Below, piece by piece: positions 1 to 13,165 of a stretch of 64,000 bases of DNA. Under the pieces are notes generated by a model. It did no database searches and was not told the origin of the DNA. It saw only the letters and a list, made by a program, of their open reading frames with translations. The DNA comes from Chrysomallon squamiferum (Eukaryota > Animalia > Mollusca). The position numbers and the translations under genes were made by a program. The DNA lies in contig CM022665.1 in NCBI GenBank assembly GCA_012295275.1, positions 14,942,001-15,006,000 of the forward strand. The letters run 5' to 3'. Positions within the stretch are counted from its first letter, which is position 1. Each line of letters opens with the position of its first letter.

Positions 1-189
1 AACAAATGTTTATGTGTAAAAGAACACTTACAATACTGTAGCGAAAAGAAACTGATTTAAAGCTATTTGTTATTACTTTTATCGTTTTCTTTCTTGTTAA
101 TCTCTGAACACTACGTTCGAAATACGGTTTTGGCTTTTTACCTAAATAGGAAAATACGTTACAGGAATGAATTGCCGTAAAGCGTCAAA

Positions 190-1414
190 ATGGCTGCGCC
201 CATTGATCAAGAGAAGCAGAATGCGGTGAAAACAAAACTTCGTAATAAAAAGACAGTCAGTTTCCTAGATGATCCAGCATTTATAATATATTTCTGTGGA
301 TTCTTGGTAATGATTTCAATGCTTTTTTTTTTCAAAAAAATAGTTTTCTTCTGTGCAAAATAAATCAACAGGTGTTGAGTTCTGACAAATCCGGTTCGTC
401 AACGTGACCAGGTTTATTTGTCGTAATAGTATAAGACTGATGACAATTTCATTTTTAAAACCTTTCATTTTGTTATCGCGTTGGAAGTTTTGAAAATAAC
501 TTGTTTTAGAAATGAAAGAATTACTACTGTATAATAAATTATTAAAACGGTTTATTAACTTACATTTAATTAATCTGAATAATTATTTTAATGTCAGAAA
601 TTTAATTATTATTACCCGAGTAGATTTATAGGTGAAGATTTCTTCTTTCTTTTTAATAAAACATTTTAAACCTCTTTTTTTTTTTTTTTTTTCATGATAT
701 AGAGCTTTTTATCAAATACCTTTAAAAAATCAACAACAAAGCAAACAGAAAACAAAAGTACACCATATGGCAGTATGGTATTGCCACTACTGGACATAAA
801 ATCAGTTGCTGCAGCTATTTGGGAATTGAAATCAATTTTCCAAGAGTGGATAAAATGATAATAAAAATAATAAATAATGATAACACGGTGGGGGGGGGTG
901 TTTGTTTTTTTAATCATCATATGTTGACCAAAAAACCCCAAACAAACAAATATTTTCATTCAGATGAATCTGTTCCAGTATGTTTTTTTGCATAAATAAT
1001 GATAACAATATTAATAAAAATATCTCTTTTAATTTATTTTTTCTTCAGGATCTGTTTGCTGTTAGTATGATCATAATGCAGATTCTGCCACACTGTAGAG
1101 AGTTAGGAGCTTCACCTACACTGACAGGAATTATTGGCAAGTCTGAACTATTTAAATAATATCTGAACTGACATATATATTAATAGAAGTTATCCTGTAA
1201 ATCTGCTGATGTGTTACGTGAGAAGTTAGAATGTTGATGAGTGTGTACATGTTTGATTTTGCATTTTCACATTTGTTACTGCATCAGTCTTTACTGGTGG
1301 TTATTTTTAAAATCAACAAACCTATAATACAAGCTTTCTGTTGTTGTAAAACTGATTCAAGTCAAACACTTAATATATTATGTCATAATGGTAATAAAAT
1401 TTCGTTTTATTTTA

Positions 1415-1457
<43 letters not shown>

Positions 1458-4400
1458 TTGTGTTATTGGTATTTGTATCTTGTTGTTTTGGTTCTTGTTA
1501 TTATTGATATTATTTTATAGTGTTGTTATTATTGTTATTTGTAATAGTATTAGTATTATATTACAGTTTATCAGACACTGTAATTCATTTTTAATAATAT
1601 TTTTGTTTCAGGTTCCACCTATGGTGCATTACAACTGTTTTCTAGCCCTATCATAGTGAGTATTTATCTCCCTTGTTTAATATTCAGAACACTGTTTACT
1701 GATTCCTCATAGTAATGTTGTAATAATAATAATATTTAAAACAAAAATAATGTCATACCTCTTGCAATGGTAGTTTAATAAATTATATATATATATATAA
1801 ACATTTTTTTTTTGTTCAGCAATGTGATTGTATTTGATTAGTGTTGATACTCTGCAAGTTGATGGCAGTAAATTCTTTTTCACTGAATAATATTACATAC
1901 AGTTATAAATTTATAAGAGAAATAAATGCATGTGCAAAAAACCTACCTGGCATACTAAAACTATAATTTGTGAACCACATCATGTTAGAAATGATTTATT
2001 TCATGTGTCTGATAGTATCAATTGTTTTTCTTGACAATTCAAGGATACTTACCTTGTAAGATTCTATGAATCACAGAATTAGTACCTGGTTATGTGTTTA
2101 TCACACTAGTGCAGTGGTTGTAACTTACAGTGAATGATGTGTGTGATCCTACTTAATCAAATAAGGAATTACATCACAATAGTGAGCTTTCAAATAGTGA
2201 GCACTGGAAAATGACAAGCAATCATAAGTTCATAGTTTTTAATTTTAATTTTTTTGTTGGAAAAGGTTATATGAATACTTTATCTAAATTTCAAAAAAAA
2301 AAAAAGAATTTTTTTTAGGAATATTTGATGCTACTTAAGCAATGGTAGTAAGTCTAGTATTTGTAATGTCATCCATTATTTTCTAGTTTTATTTTGTTCA
2401 TTTTTTTAAAAGCATTGTTGTTGTTGTTATTACCATCACCATCATCACAATTAGAATCATATCCTTGCAAGCACACAAGCCAAGGAAATAGGAATGATAT
2501 CATTATGAGGCTTATGAAGTAATGTTTTGAAATAAGATGAATTGTAAAACAACATTTTGTTTGCAGCAGGATGAATCACTTCTAAATTTTGTTAAACTTT
2601 TTTTTTTTCCAGGGTAAATGGAGTGATATGGCTGGTAGACAGTTAAGTTTGTGGATCTGTATGCTCTGTTCTGCATCTGGTTATCTGCTACTGGGAATGG
2701 CTTCATCACTTTTCATTTTGTTTCTTGCTAGAGTTCCAACAGGTAATGAAGGATAAAATGTATTAACAAAATAGGTTTTGTAAAGTATAATAGAAAGAAT
2801 AATGTAACTAGAAACTATCTGTGGTCTATCTATCTACCTATCTACCTAGTTACCTTCCTACCCACCTATATAAATATATATCTTAGACATTAACATACTT
2901 TTTAAATATTTGTGTATGAAGGTGCACGCAGTTAATTTGTAAAATGCAGCACAACAACAACAACAAAAAAAGAGAGATTTCTTTTCTTCAGAGATATTTT
3001 CATTGGTGTGTGAAACACGTATAATACATTCAAATGTACAAGTATAGAAATAAATATAAAATTTAATATATGTATATATATGTATTTTTTCTTATTTAGG
3101 TATTTTCAAGCACAGTCAGAGTATATCCAAATCTTACCTGGCAGACATTTTACCCGCAGATAAACAGTCTGCAGCTCTTGGTCGTTTTAATGCTATGTCT
3201 AGTATCGGCTTCATTGTGGGGCCTCTTGTTGGAGGTCACATTGCTGAGCTTCGTCATGGATTCTATCTCGTAGGGTTACTCACAGGTCTTATTTTTCTGC
3301 TGAACAGTGGTGAGATGTTTAGATTTGTACTGAATAAGTACTTTGTATATTTATATACTTTCGAGTAATTGTGTATTCTTTTTATAGACACTGGAAGCCT
3401 TTGTAATATTATTTTATCAAAAGCAGATAAAAGCAGAAACACAATGTTAAATGGTTTTTGTTGACATACAATGTATCTGTATGCTAAATATTTATTAACT
3501 TGAGGCACAGACACAACACTGAATGCTTTTGTTCATATGTATTAGATCTGTCCATCCATACACTAAATATGTATTAACATCAAGTATAGACAAATACTAA
3601 ACTATTTTTTTAGTTAAGGAACAACATTTTTAATAACATGGACATATACAGCAGTAAATGCTTTTCCTTTTAGACACAGTGTTAAATATATATTAAATAT
3701 TTATTAACAATTAATAATCGTTAATGAAAAATGTTAACAAATTTGTCTGATTAAATTTTATTTTTATTTTTCAGTTATTGTTTGGTTCTTTGTTCCTGAA
3801 ATCAAACGAATCAGACATGAAGAAACAACTAAAGATGAAATAATTCTCTCTAAGAAAAAAATCCCTATTCAAGAGATCAGCTTCAACTTGAAACATCTTT
3901 TAAAATCTTTCAAAGACATTGACTGGACAAACTTGTGGGATTTGTTTCTCATCAAATTTTTTCTCGGTTTTGCTATGATTGTGTACCGAGCTAATTTTGT
4001 TCTCATGGTCCAAGATAAATTTAGTACCACGCCAAAAATTAATGGTTATTTGATATCATACACGGGCATAGTCTCTGCTGTCTCCGGTTTTTTTGTTGGT
4101 CGAATTACCCAGATGTATACAAGTAATGCAGAACTGCTTCTTCATTTGTCTTTACTGCAGGCAGCAACTTTTGTTTCTCTAATCCTTGCATCTTCAACAT
4201 GGATGCTTGTTTTCTGCCTTACACCTTTAAGTTTTATAACCAGCATATCACGGGTCTCAGCAACAAGTCTGACAATTGAGAGAGGTGGTGAAGGAAATGT
4301 GGGGGCACTCATTGGGCTCACTCAAAGTTTTATGGCTTTTGCCCGCATGTTGTCTCCCTTTATAGGTGGCGTGGCACTAGAATTTTTTACCGATGGACCC

Positions 4401-4475
4401 ACACTAGTAGCTGTGATTTCATCAACTGTTGCCGTAGTAATAATGATACTCAGACCTCAAGGTCCTAAAAAATGA
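190..4475 (+). CDS. MFSD9: Major facilitator superfamily domain-containing protein 9-like transporter, 6 coding exons, about 429 aa
   Basis: Exons 190-306, 1049-1136, 1612-1655, 2613-2742, 3100-3309, 3775-4475 join in frame (1290 nt). Translation IYFCGFL|DLFAVSMII..GASPTLTGII|GSTYGALQLFSSPII|GKWSDMAGR..LFLARVPT|GIFKHSQSISKSYLAD..GRFNAMSSIGFIVGPLVGG has MFS motif A (GxxSDxxGR) and MFSD9-type segments. ORF 3888-4475 is part of the last exon. Confidence 0.9.
1415..1457. repeat. (TTA)n microsatellite in MFSD9 intron 2
   Basis: Direct reading; it produces the poly-Leu in spurious ORF 1231-1656. Confidence 0.9.
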
Positions 4476-5650
4476 TGATAATATGCAAGAATACGTCCAG
4501 AAAGACATGAATGATAAAAAAAAATCATCTTTTTCCTAGAAACATTTTTAACCATGTTGGAAATGGTATTCAGTGATGAAAAGTTTCAAAATAATTAAGT
4601 TCCGATAAAATTTCAGAAATGGATAGATAATAAGAGGGAGTGCAATACTATTTTCTTGTTTCTTTCTTAAAAAGTATTTAGGTGTTTCTGTGGATCTCAT
4701 TGCCATTTTAGATACTGTCTTCATTCTTCTCTGGGTTTGGTGTATTAGAAAAAACTATTTTTAAATACTCCTTCTTATTAATCATAAAAATGTTTCATGC
4801 ATAATTAATTAATGGAATAGAAAAAACATATATTTAAAAATGTCATATTTAATTTGAAAATATATTTTTTTTATATGAATATTATTTTAAAATTGATAAA
4901 AGTTTAATCTCATTCATGTTATTCTGGTACAGTTACTAATGTACTCCACAAAAAATTGCTCACTCAAAAAAAAAAAAGTTTTTTTTATTTATAACAAATC
5001 TCTGAGATTATATTTATTTTTTACAAAATGTAACTCATTTATTTTTTTAATATCTAATCATAACATTTACATTTTAAGATATCTGATCATTATTTTTTTA
5101 AGATGTTTAATTTATTTGTATTTTTTTAACATGCAGTGTTGTTATTTTTAAGATATATATTTAGTTATTTTTCACTGTTAAACAGTGTTTTACTTTCTTT
5201 TTTTTCTTCTTTTTTTTTGCAATACCTGTATTGCCTTACCTGCAGTAATTCTCAATATTTTTAATACTGTTAGTGGATTATATATATTAATTACAGTAAA
5301 TTACTGTATATTTATTTATTATTTCATTTCCAAGCTGAAGACTCATTTGGTTTTGCGTTATTTTCCTTATTAAAGTTTACCTGGTATGTACAAATGTCCT
5401 GAATATACTTTTTTATATTCCCAAAGTATTTTTATTAAATTTTATTTTGTATTTTCTTCTTTTTATTTTATTTTTGGGAGGAGTACAGCATTAATTTAAT
5501 GTGTGGAAATATGAATAAAAATATAAAAAATGATGAGTAAATTACAGGAAGGATTCTAAATTCTTGGTTTGTCTGATTTTTTTGTTATAGAATGATATGA
5601 AAGAAAATCTTGGCCCATTTTCATTCTCATTAGTTGTTTTGTTATTGTCA

Positions 5651-5691
<41 letters not shown>

Positions 5692-6320
5692 AAGACTTCA
5701 TTAAAAATAGAAGATGATCAATTAAAAGTATATAAAAGTAGTTAGTTTATTTAAGGATAACACCCTACCCTTAATACCTTCATCATTTTAAAAGGTTGCA
5801 ATGAAACTTAAACCTAAAGTGTTTTTAGCAAAATTGGTTTTAAAACGTGAACTCTGTAGTTCAAATGCTGATACTGATGCTTACTACAGCTATATTTTTA
5901 AAAAGAATTATTTTTATTAAATACCAATTCTTTAAAATATTTGAGTTTTTTCCCCTTATGTCTTAAATAGCTAATTCAAAGTGTAATAAAACAAATGAAT
6001 GGATTTAAATATATAGTTTTAAAAGATGATATGAATAAAGATACTTATTTCATTCAGTTTTCATAAATAAATGCAGTAAAAATGTGCAAAATACCAACAA
6101 CTATGAATTAAACAAGTTTTAAAATCTGTATCTTGTCAGCTTATATACAAGTAAGGTATATTAAAATGTTACATTAACATTTTATATTATGTCAAACAGT
6201 TATCTGTATTATATGTGAAATTGTTAACAATACACATTGAAGGTTAACATTTTGCTATGAAACTTCTTTTTTTCTTGTTTTTTTTAATGTTTTTGTGGTA
6301 TTTAAAATTTTAGGGTTTTT

Positions 6321-6351
<31 letters not shown>

Positions 6352-6569
6352 ATTTGTTTTTATGTATTTTATTTATTTTAGATACAGTTTTAAGGAAAAA
6401 ATTATTTATTTAAAGTCCTTTTATTATGACATAGGTGACATTGCTAACATCAGACATAACAACATTGGCTGAACTTAAATTACTCAAGAAAACTGGCCTA
6501 ACATAACATTTAACACAGGCCGAAATAACATAAAATGGGGTATTACCATGTAACCCCCCCAAAAAAAAT

Positions 6570-9500
6570 GGACATTATATTTCTTTTGGGCAACATCTAA
6601 CAGAAATTTTAATAAACTTACAGTGACATATGTTTATCTTACTGTTGTTAATTTAGTTTGTTTCATATTCTGTTGCTTTCTCAATATATTTATTGAAAAT
6701 AAATATTTATTTACCAACTCTAAAGATCTTGTTTTTAATATTTGGTCTGTGAATCTGTCCAAATAAGGATTCTCACTGAAATTCTAATTAGTCTTTGTTA
6801 ATTAATAATTAAATTTTGTTGAATGTAATACCTCATGCCATGTCAACTTATTTACCTTTAGGGACGATAAACCTATGAGATATGAGAAACAATTTTAAGT
6901 ATCATGTATTTGTAATCACAATATTTTTAAAACCTGATTCACAATAACAAATATTCTTATATTTGGAAAGATATTGACTAGTTTTAAAATAATATATATA
7001 TTCAGTAATCCAAATATAGACAAAATAAGTTTTAAAAGACATAAACAAGTTCTATTTTATATTATTATTGTGTTTTGGGTGGGGTTTTTTTAAAGTATTT
7101 ATATAAATGTTATTAACAGACATTTTCTTGATTAAGTGTACAAATCCAAAACAGCAATGCTAAATTATCTATTACTATTAAATGCTGTTAGCAGTTACTA
7201 TTTCAAATTATAAACTGATGCTAACATTTTAACATGGGAACTATAAATATAAAACAAAGGATTTTGAGAAATTTTTATTATCTTTTTATGAACAAATGAA
7301 ATTTGTTATTGAAGTATTAACACCTGAACATAACTATAAAACAATTTTGAAACACGAAAGACTAATATTATCCATAATTTAAATAAATAAAAACTGCAAC
7401 CCGACATACAGGTATCCCTTGATTAACACAATTAATTAACCTATCAAGAGATCAACTTTAGCATGTATACTGAACTCATGTTAATCAAATCTAATAATTA
7501 ATGGCATAAATTATCACTGATCCTTGATCACATATTGCCTCAAAAAACAATTCTAATTAAATTACCAAAAATGTAACTTAATTTAATTATCTCGTAAGTA
7601 AAATAAAAAATAGAACTACCTAAATATTTATTAAATAAAAATTTATCACGAGTAGTTGCAATAGTTTTAGCTTTTTTCTTAAATTCTGCAGTAGCACAAT
7701 CTGTTTCTCTAAACCAGTGCTTTTCAACATTTTTCATACCGTGACCCCCTTATGAGCAACTCAATATGACCGATGACCCCATTTAAAAAATTTGATTCAC
7801 TAATATCCAGGGTTACCATATTTTCATCAACCAAAGACAGTACAAAAAAAAAAATCCCCACAGAAGACAACCCTGGGAAAAAAACCTGAAGTTATTCTCT
7901 ACTACAACTCTATGAAGGGAAGGGTAGATAACCTGGGCCACTTGGTTACACTTTATACATGTAGATGGAAGATCATGTGATGGCCAATGTGAGTTTTCTT
8001 CAATATGTTACATGTAGCAGTAGTAGCAGCATTCATCATCTGAACAGTACAATTTCCAGACTATCAGATCAAGAACAGACAAACGAGTCAAAATTTTCTG
8101 ACACGACGTGGGAATCAGCAGATTCGAGACCACATAGATGTGAGGTTGAATGAACCCAGAGCCATCCAGATGGAGTCAAGCATGCTCTTATTGCCTTGGG
8201 ACACAATATTGTGGAAAGGGATTGGGTAAACCCTGAAGGACCACCTAAAAACATGGTGTTACATGTGACCCACAAGTCAGGACAGAAAATCACATGATCT
8301 GCATACTGTGTGGCAAAAACATTTACAAAGAGCATAGCTCAGCCTCTGTTGCATGCAATAACTGCTAATAGGAATAGGCCCACCAGTACTTTTAAGCTAA
8401 CCCCATCAAGGTTTCCAGAAAATTGTTGGCAACTTGGTAACTGTAACACTTTAGCAACTGTTCACTATTATTTATAAATTCACTGTACTGAGACCCAGTT
8501 TTGGAGAAATTGCAAGCTTCATCTGAAAATAATTTAGAATAAGGTATCAAATGGGCCACAGCTAGATACTCACTTTGAATAATGAAAATGAATACCCATT
8601 AGACCCCAGGTACCAGATAACATATTTTTTTACTTATTTTTGGCTGTGAATAGGTTGTTTGATTTGTCGGCCTTTCATGTACTTTTGTATACAAAACCAT
8701 CAGACCATACAACAATTTCCACTATTGTCAATGGAGGTACTCCAGAAGAAGATACAATGTTTCATCAATCTTAGAATTTTAGTCAATAGTCTTGCTGTTC
8801 AGTCATATGAGTTCATTTGTTCAAAAAAAAAATGTGTTTATTCACACGAATCATTATCAAATAAATTTATATTTTTTAAAATTTTAAATTATTGTTAAGG
8901 GTGTAATTAAGCTTTCATTATACAATTAACCAAATGAAATAGCACTATTATTTACTTCAAAATATGGGTGAGAGCAGAGGGACAAAGTGAGGATATTCAA
9001 AATTGGGTTGAATGTAGAAAGTAATTTATATAATTACTAATCAGTTTACTAATCATAAATGTAGAAAACTAAGCAAACAAGTCACTGTCGCTTTCTGGTA
9101 AAAACAATTGTTATTATTATTTTTATTTACATATCAAATTTCTTTCAGTGATGGTGTAAAAAAGGATAAATTTAACAAACTAATAACTGACAAGAAGAAT
9201 TTTGACATGATTTCCAGCTTTTCTGTATATTATTGTTATTATTAATATTATTATGGAGCACAATCATTACTTTCAAAATACATAAGTATTGCTCTTGTTC
9301 AGCTTTAATATTTTTAATCACTGTACTGCTAAGCATTCTAACAAATTTTTCAGGACTGTCTCTTTAAAACAGAGATGATCATCCTGGGCAGTAGCACTCC
9401 TTTGTAACACTGAAAACACAGGGCAACAGTAAATGTTATATAACATAAAAGCTTATAATTACACTACATAATTCACCATACTTCCAACATGGTTTAAAAA

Positions 9501-9601
9501 TTAACCTATCCTGAAAAACTATTTATAACAGCACATTAATGTATTTCAGTTGTTGAGTAACAGGTTCATTATATAACCAATGAAATACCTTATATACATA
9601 C

Positions 9602-9655
<54 letters not shown>

Positions 9656-9881
9656 ATGTATGTATGTATGTATACAAGGTATTCGTAAAGTTACTATACA
9701 GTTATTTGTAATAAAGAAATGTCATGGTTAAACTAAACAATTTTTCAGAAAATATTATAACAATATAAGCAATTAATATACTATTTTATGGAGTTGTTTT
9801 TAGTATGACTATTTAACAGTTGTTTTCAGCTGAACAGTATAGTAACTTTACGGACACCCTGTATGTATATTATGCGTATAT

Positions 9882-9917
<36 letters not shown>

Positions 9918-10250
9918 AAAGAAAATTTGGCATATTAAAAACTTTAATCTTCTAACATTCCTTACTGGTTTCAGCAGTTGCATAAATATACATATAATGA
10001 TATATAGTATATTTGTTGTTTATACTAATAAAATTAACATTATTACATATACCATATTTGTTTGAACTATGCTTCTTATTTTATAATTAATAATACTGAA
10101 TATATAAACAGGGTAAGTGAACTAAAAACTGAAAGGTAGTATAATTTCCATCAGCAAAATTAAATTTTGATTTATATGACAAAGATAAATGAATAACGTT
10201 CAATGCATGTACTGTATTGATAACATTTTTTCCAGTTTTTCCAGTAATGA
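6570..10250. repeat. Tandem duplication, copy A (includes a ~1.7 kb segment, ~7640-9345, absent from copy B)
   Basis: 6570-7638 aligns to 11048-12130 and 9347-10250 aligns to 12194-13165. Shared strings include ccaactctaaagatcttgtttttaatatttggtctgtgaatctgtcc and caggactgtctctttaaaacagaga. Confidence 0.93.
9675..9861. mobile_element. Tc1/mariner-type MITE, copy A
   Basis: Terminal inverted repeats (TIRs) CAAGGTATTCGTAAAGTTACTATAC ... GTATAGTAACTTTACGGACACCCTG with TA on both flanks; sits within TG/TATG microsatellites. Confidence 0.8.
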
Positions 10251-10288
10251 TCAGTAAAATAGGGGATTTACTGTATAAAAAGAAAATA

Positions 10289-11036
10289 CAGTGGTACCTT
10301 GAGTTATAAGTTTAATTCGTTCCATGAAAATTTGCTTGTATATCAAATCAATTTTGCCAAATGAAATTAATTGAAATACAATTAATCTGTTCCAGCCCCC
10401 GAAAAACCACCCCAGTTTTTTGTAATATGTTTTTAAATAAGAAAAATGTATTTATAAATGACATCTATTGTATAAAAACAAAATAAAAGAGAATGTAAAG
10501 AAATAAATTTGTTTTGTAAAGTGTAAGGGTTAGGGTTTCTCCATCGTTTCATGAACTAAGGCCCGTGGCTTAGAAATTATTTTAACCCCTTTGGCTGGAG
10601 TGATAGCCTTTATCAATTCTTTCTACTTCAGTATGGTACGTATCGTAAACGTACTACACTTGTACTGCCTAGCCATGTTGTCTACACGCAAACCTCTTTC
10701 GTGTTTTTCTATGATTTCACGCTTTAATTCAATGGATATCATCTGCTTCTTCTTCTTCTCTGCACTGTCCTTTGAACTCACTTTCCTGTGATCCATGGAA
10801 ATTTGACAAAATACTGCACAAAACACCAGAGATGCTTCCACAGCGAGGTAACCAAGTGAGATGCAGGATGTTGGGCAGATGTTGTGTTGTTCTTTGCGCC
10901 AACTAGTGGTGGTGTATCTGAAGTTCGCTTGTAACTCAGATTTTGGCTCACAACTCAAAGCAAAAAATCAACTGGGCAACTGCTTATAACTTGGAAAATT
11001 CATAAGTTGGAGCACTCGTAAGTCGAGGTACCACTG
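10289..11036 (-). mobile_element. Internally deleted Tigger/pogo DNA transposon
   Basis: TIRs CAGTGGTACCTTGAGTTATAAGT / ACTCGTAAGTCGAGGTACCACTG, with TA at 10287-10288 and 11037-11038. ORF 10623-10958 (-) includes KKKKQMISIELKREIIEKHERGLRVDNMARQYKCSTFTIRTILK, a CENP-B/psq-type N-terminal HTH. No DDE domain is left. Confidence 0.9.
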
Positions 11037-11047
11037 TACTTATTCAT

Positions 11048-12813
11048 GGACATTATAAATATATTTCTTTTGGGCATTTTCTAACAGAAATTTTGTTAAC
11101 ATACAGTGACATATGTTCATCTTACTATTGTTTATTTAGTTTGTTTCATATTCTGTTGCTTTCTCAATATATTTATTGAAAATAAATATTTATTTACCAA
11201 CTCTAAAGATCTTGTTTTTAATATTTGGTCTGTGAATCTGTCCAAATAAGGATTCTCACTGAAATTCTAATTAGTCTTTGTTAATTAGTAATTAAATTTT
11301 GTTGAATGTAATACCTCATGCCACGTCAACTTATTTACCTTTAGGGACGATAAACCTATGAGATATGAGAAACAATTTTAAGTATCATGTATTTGTAATC
11401 ACATTATTTTTAAAATCCGATTCACAATAAAAATATTTTTGGAAAGATATTGACAAGTTTTAAAATAATCAATATATAATTATACAGTGATCCAAGTATG
11501 GAAAGAATTTGTTTAATACTTTTTTAAATGTTTTTTATTTTTTATTTAAACTTTTTATATTTATTTTATTATTATTTTTTGTTTGTTAATTATATATAAA
11601 TATTAATGCTTTGCTGATGTTTTCTTAATTACATGTACAAATTCAAGACATCAATGCTAAGTTAACTATTACTATTAAATAAATTATGTTACTAGTTTGT
11701 ATTTCAAATTACAAACTGATACTACATTTTAACATGGGAACTATAAATACAAAACAAAGAATTATGATAAAATTTATATTGTTATCTTTTTATGAAGAAA
11801 TGAAATTTTTTATTAATATGTTAACAACTCAACACAACTATAAAACAACAGGCAACTATTATCCATAATTTAAATAAATAAAATCTGCAACCCGACATAC
11901 AGGTATCCCTTGATTAACACAATTAATTAACCTATCAAGAGATCAACTTTAGCATGTATACTGAACTCATGTTAATCAAATCTAATAATTAATGGCATAA
12001 ATTATCACTGATCCTTGATCACATATTGCCTCAAAAAACAATTCTAATTAAATTACCAAAAATGTAACTTAATTTAATTATCTTGTAAGTAAAATAAAAA
12101 ATAAAACTACCTAAATATTTATTAAATAAATAGTAGTAGTTTCTACAAGATTTATACACTTTTATTCTTAAATAAAAATTTATTAAGATTAGTTTTTCAG
12201 GACTGTCTCTTTAAAACAGAGATTATCATCCTGGGCAGTAGCACTCCTTTGTAACACTGAAAACACAGGGCAACAGTAAATGTTATATAACATAAAAGCT
12301 TATAATTACACTACATAATTCACCATACTTCCAACATGGTTTAAAAATTAACCTATCCTGAAAAACTATTTATAATGAAAAATAAAATGTTAAGAACAAC
12401 TGCTTTGTAACAATTGAAGTTTTCAACATGTGAACTTCAAACTAAGAAAATACAGATACATACATGGCTTTAAGTTTCAAATGTTAAATAACAAATTTGT
12501 TACAAAGTAACAGCACATTAATGTATTTCAATCGTTGAGTAACATGTTCATTATATAACCAATGAAATACCTTTTTATATATATATATGTGTGTATGTAT
12601 GTATGTATACAGGGTATTCATAAAGTTACTATACAGTTATTTGTAATAAAGAAATGTCATGGTGAAACAAAACAATTTTTCAGAAAATATAACAATATAA
12701 GCAATTAATATACTATTTTATGGAGTTGTTTTTAGTATGACTATTTAACAGTTGTTTTCAGCTGAACAGTATAGTAACTTTACGGACACCCTGTATGTAT
12801 ATTATGCGTATAT

Positions 12814-12847
<34 letters not shown>

Positions 12848-13165
12848 AAAGAAAATTCGGCATATTAAAAACTTTAATCTTCTAACATTCCTTACTGGTT
12901 TCAGCAGTTGCATAAATATACATATAATGATATATAGTATATTTGTTGTTTATACTAATAAAATTAACATTATTACATATACCATATTTGTTTGAACTAT
13001 GCTTCTTATTTTATAACTAATAATACTGAATATATAAACAGGGTAAGTGAACTAAAAACTGAAAGGTAGTATAATTTCCATCAGCAAAATTAAATTTTGA
13101 TTTATCTGATGCAGATAAATGAATTATGTTTATGACATGTACTGTGCTGATAATAGGTTTTCCCG
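11048..13165. repeat. Tandem duplication, copy B (includes ~130 bp, ~12376-12505, absent from copy A)
   Basis: Aligns to copy A; ORFs 9820-10065 and 12795-12995 give near-identical translations. Confidence 0.93.
12610..12793. mobile_element. Tc1/mariner-type MITE, copy B
   Basis: TIRs CAGGGTATTCATAAAGTTACTATAC ... GTATAGTAACTTTACGGACACCCTG, TA flanks, same position as the copy-A element. Confidence 0.82.

Noticed and set aside
1231-1656. Hydrophobic 141-aa ORF
   Set aside because: Produced by a (TTA)n repeat and T-rich intron; the real exon 1612-1655 is in another frame.
4560-4640. Minus-strand peptide SISEILSELNY as the missing NPAT C-terminal helix
   Set aside because: An in-frame stop lies just upstream, there is no suitable acceptor, similarity is weak, and it overlaps the MFSD9 3' UTR.
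12240-12262. Minus-strand CAGTGTTACA resembling the 5' end of vertebrate U7 snRNA, next to NPAT
   Set aside because: No U7-type Sm site or 3' hairpin follows; a 10-nt match is expected by chance.
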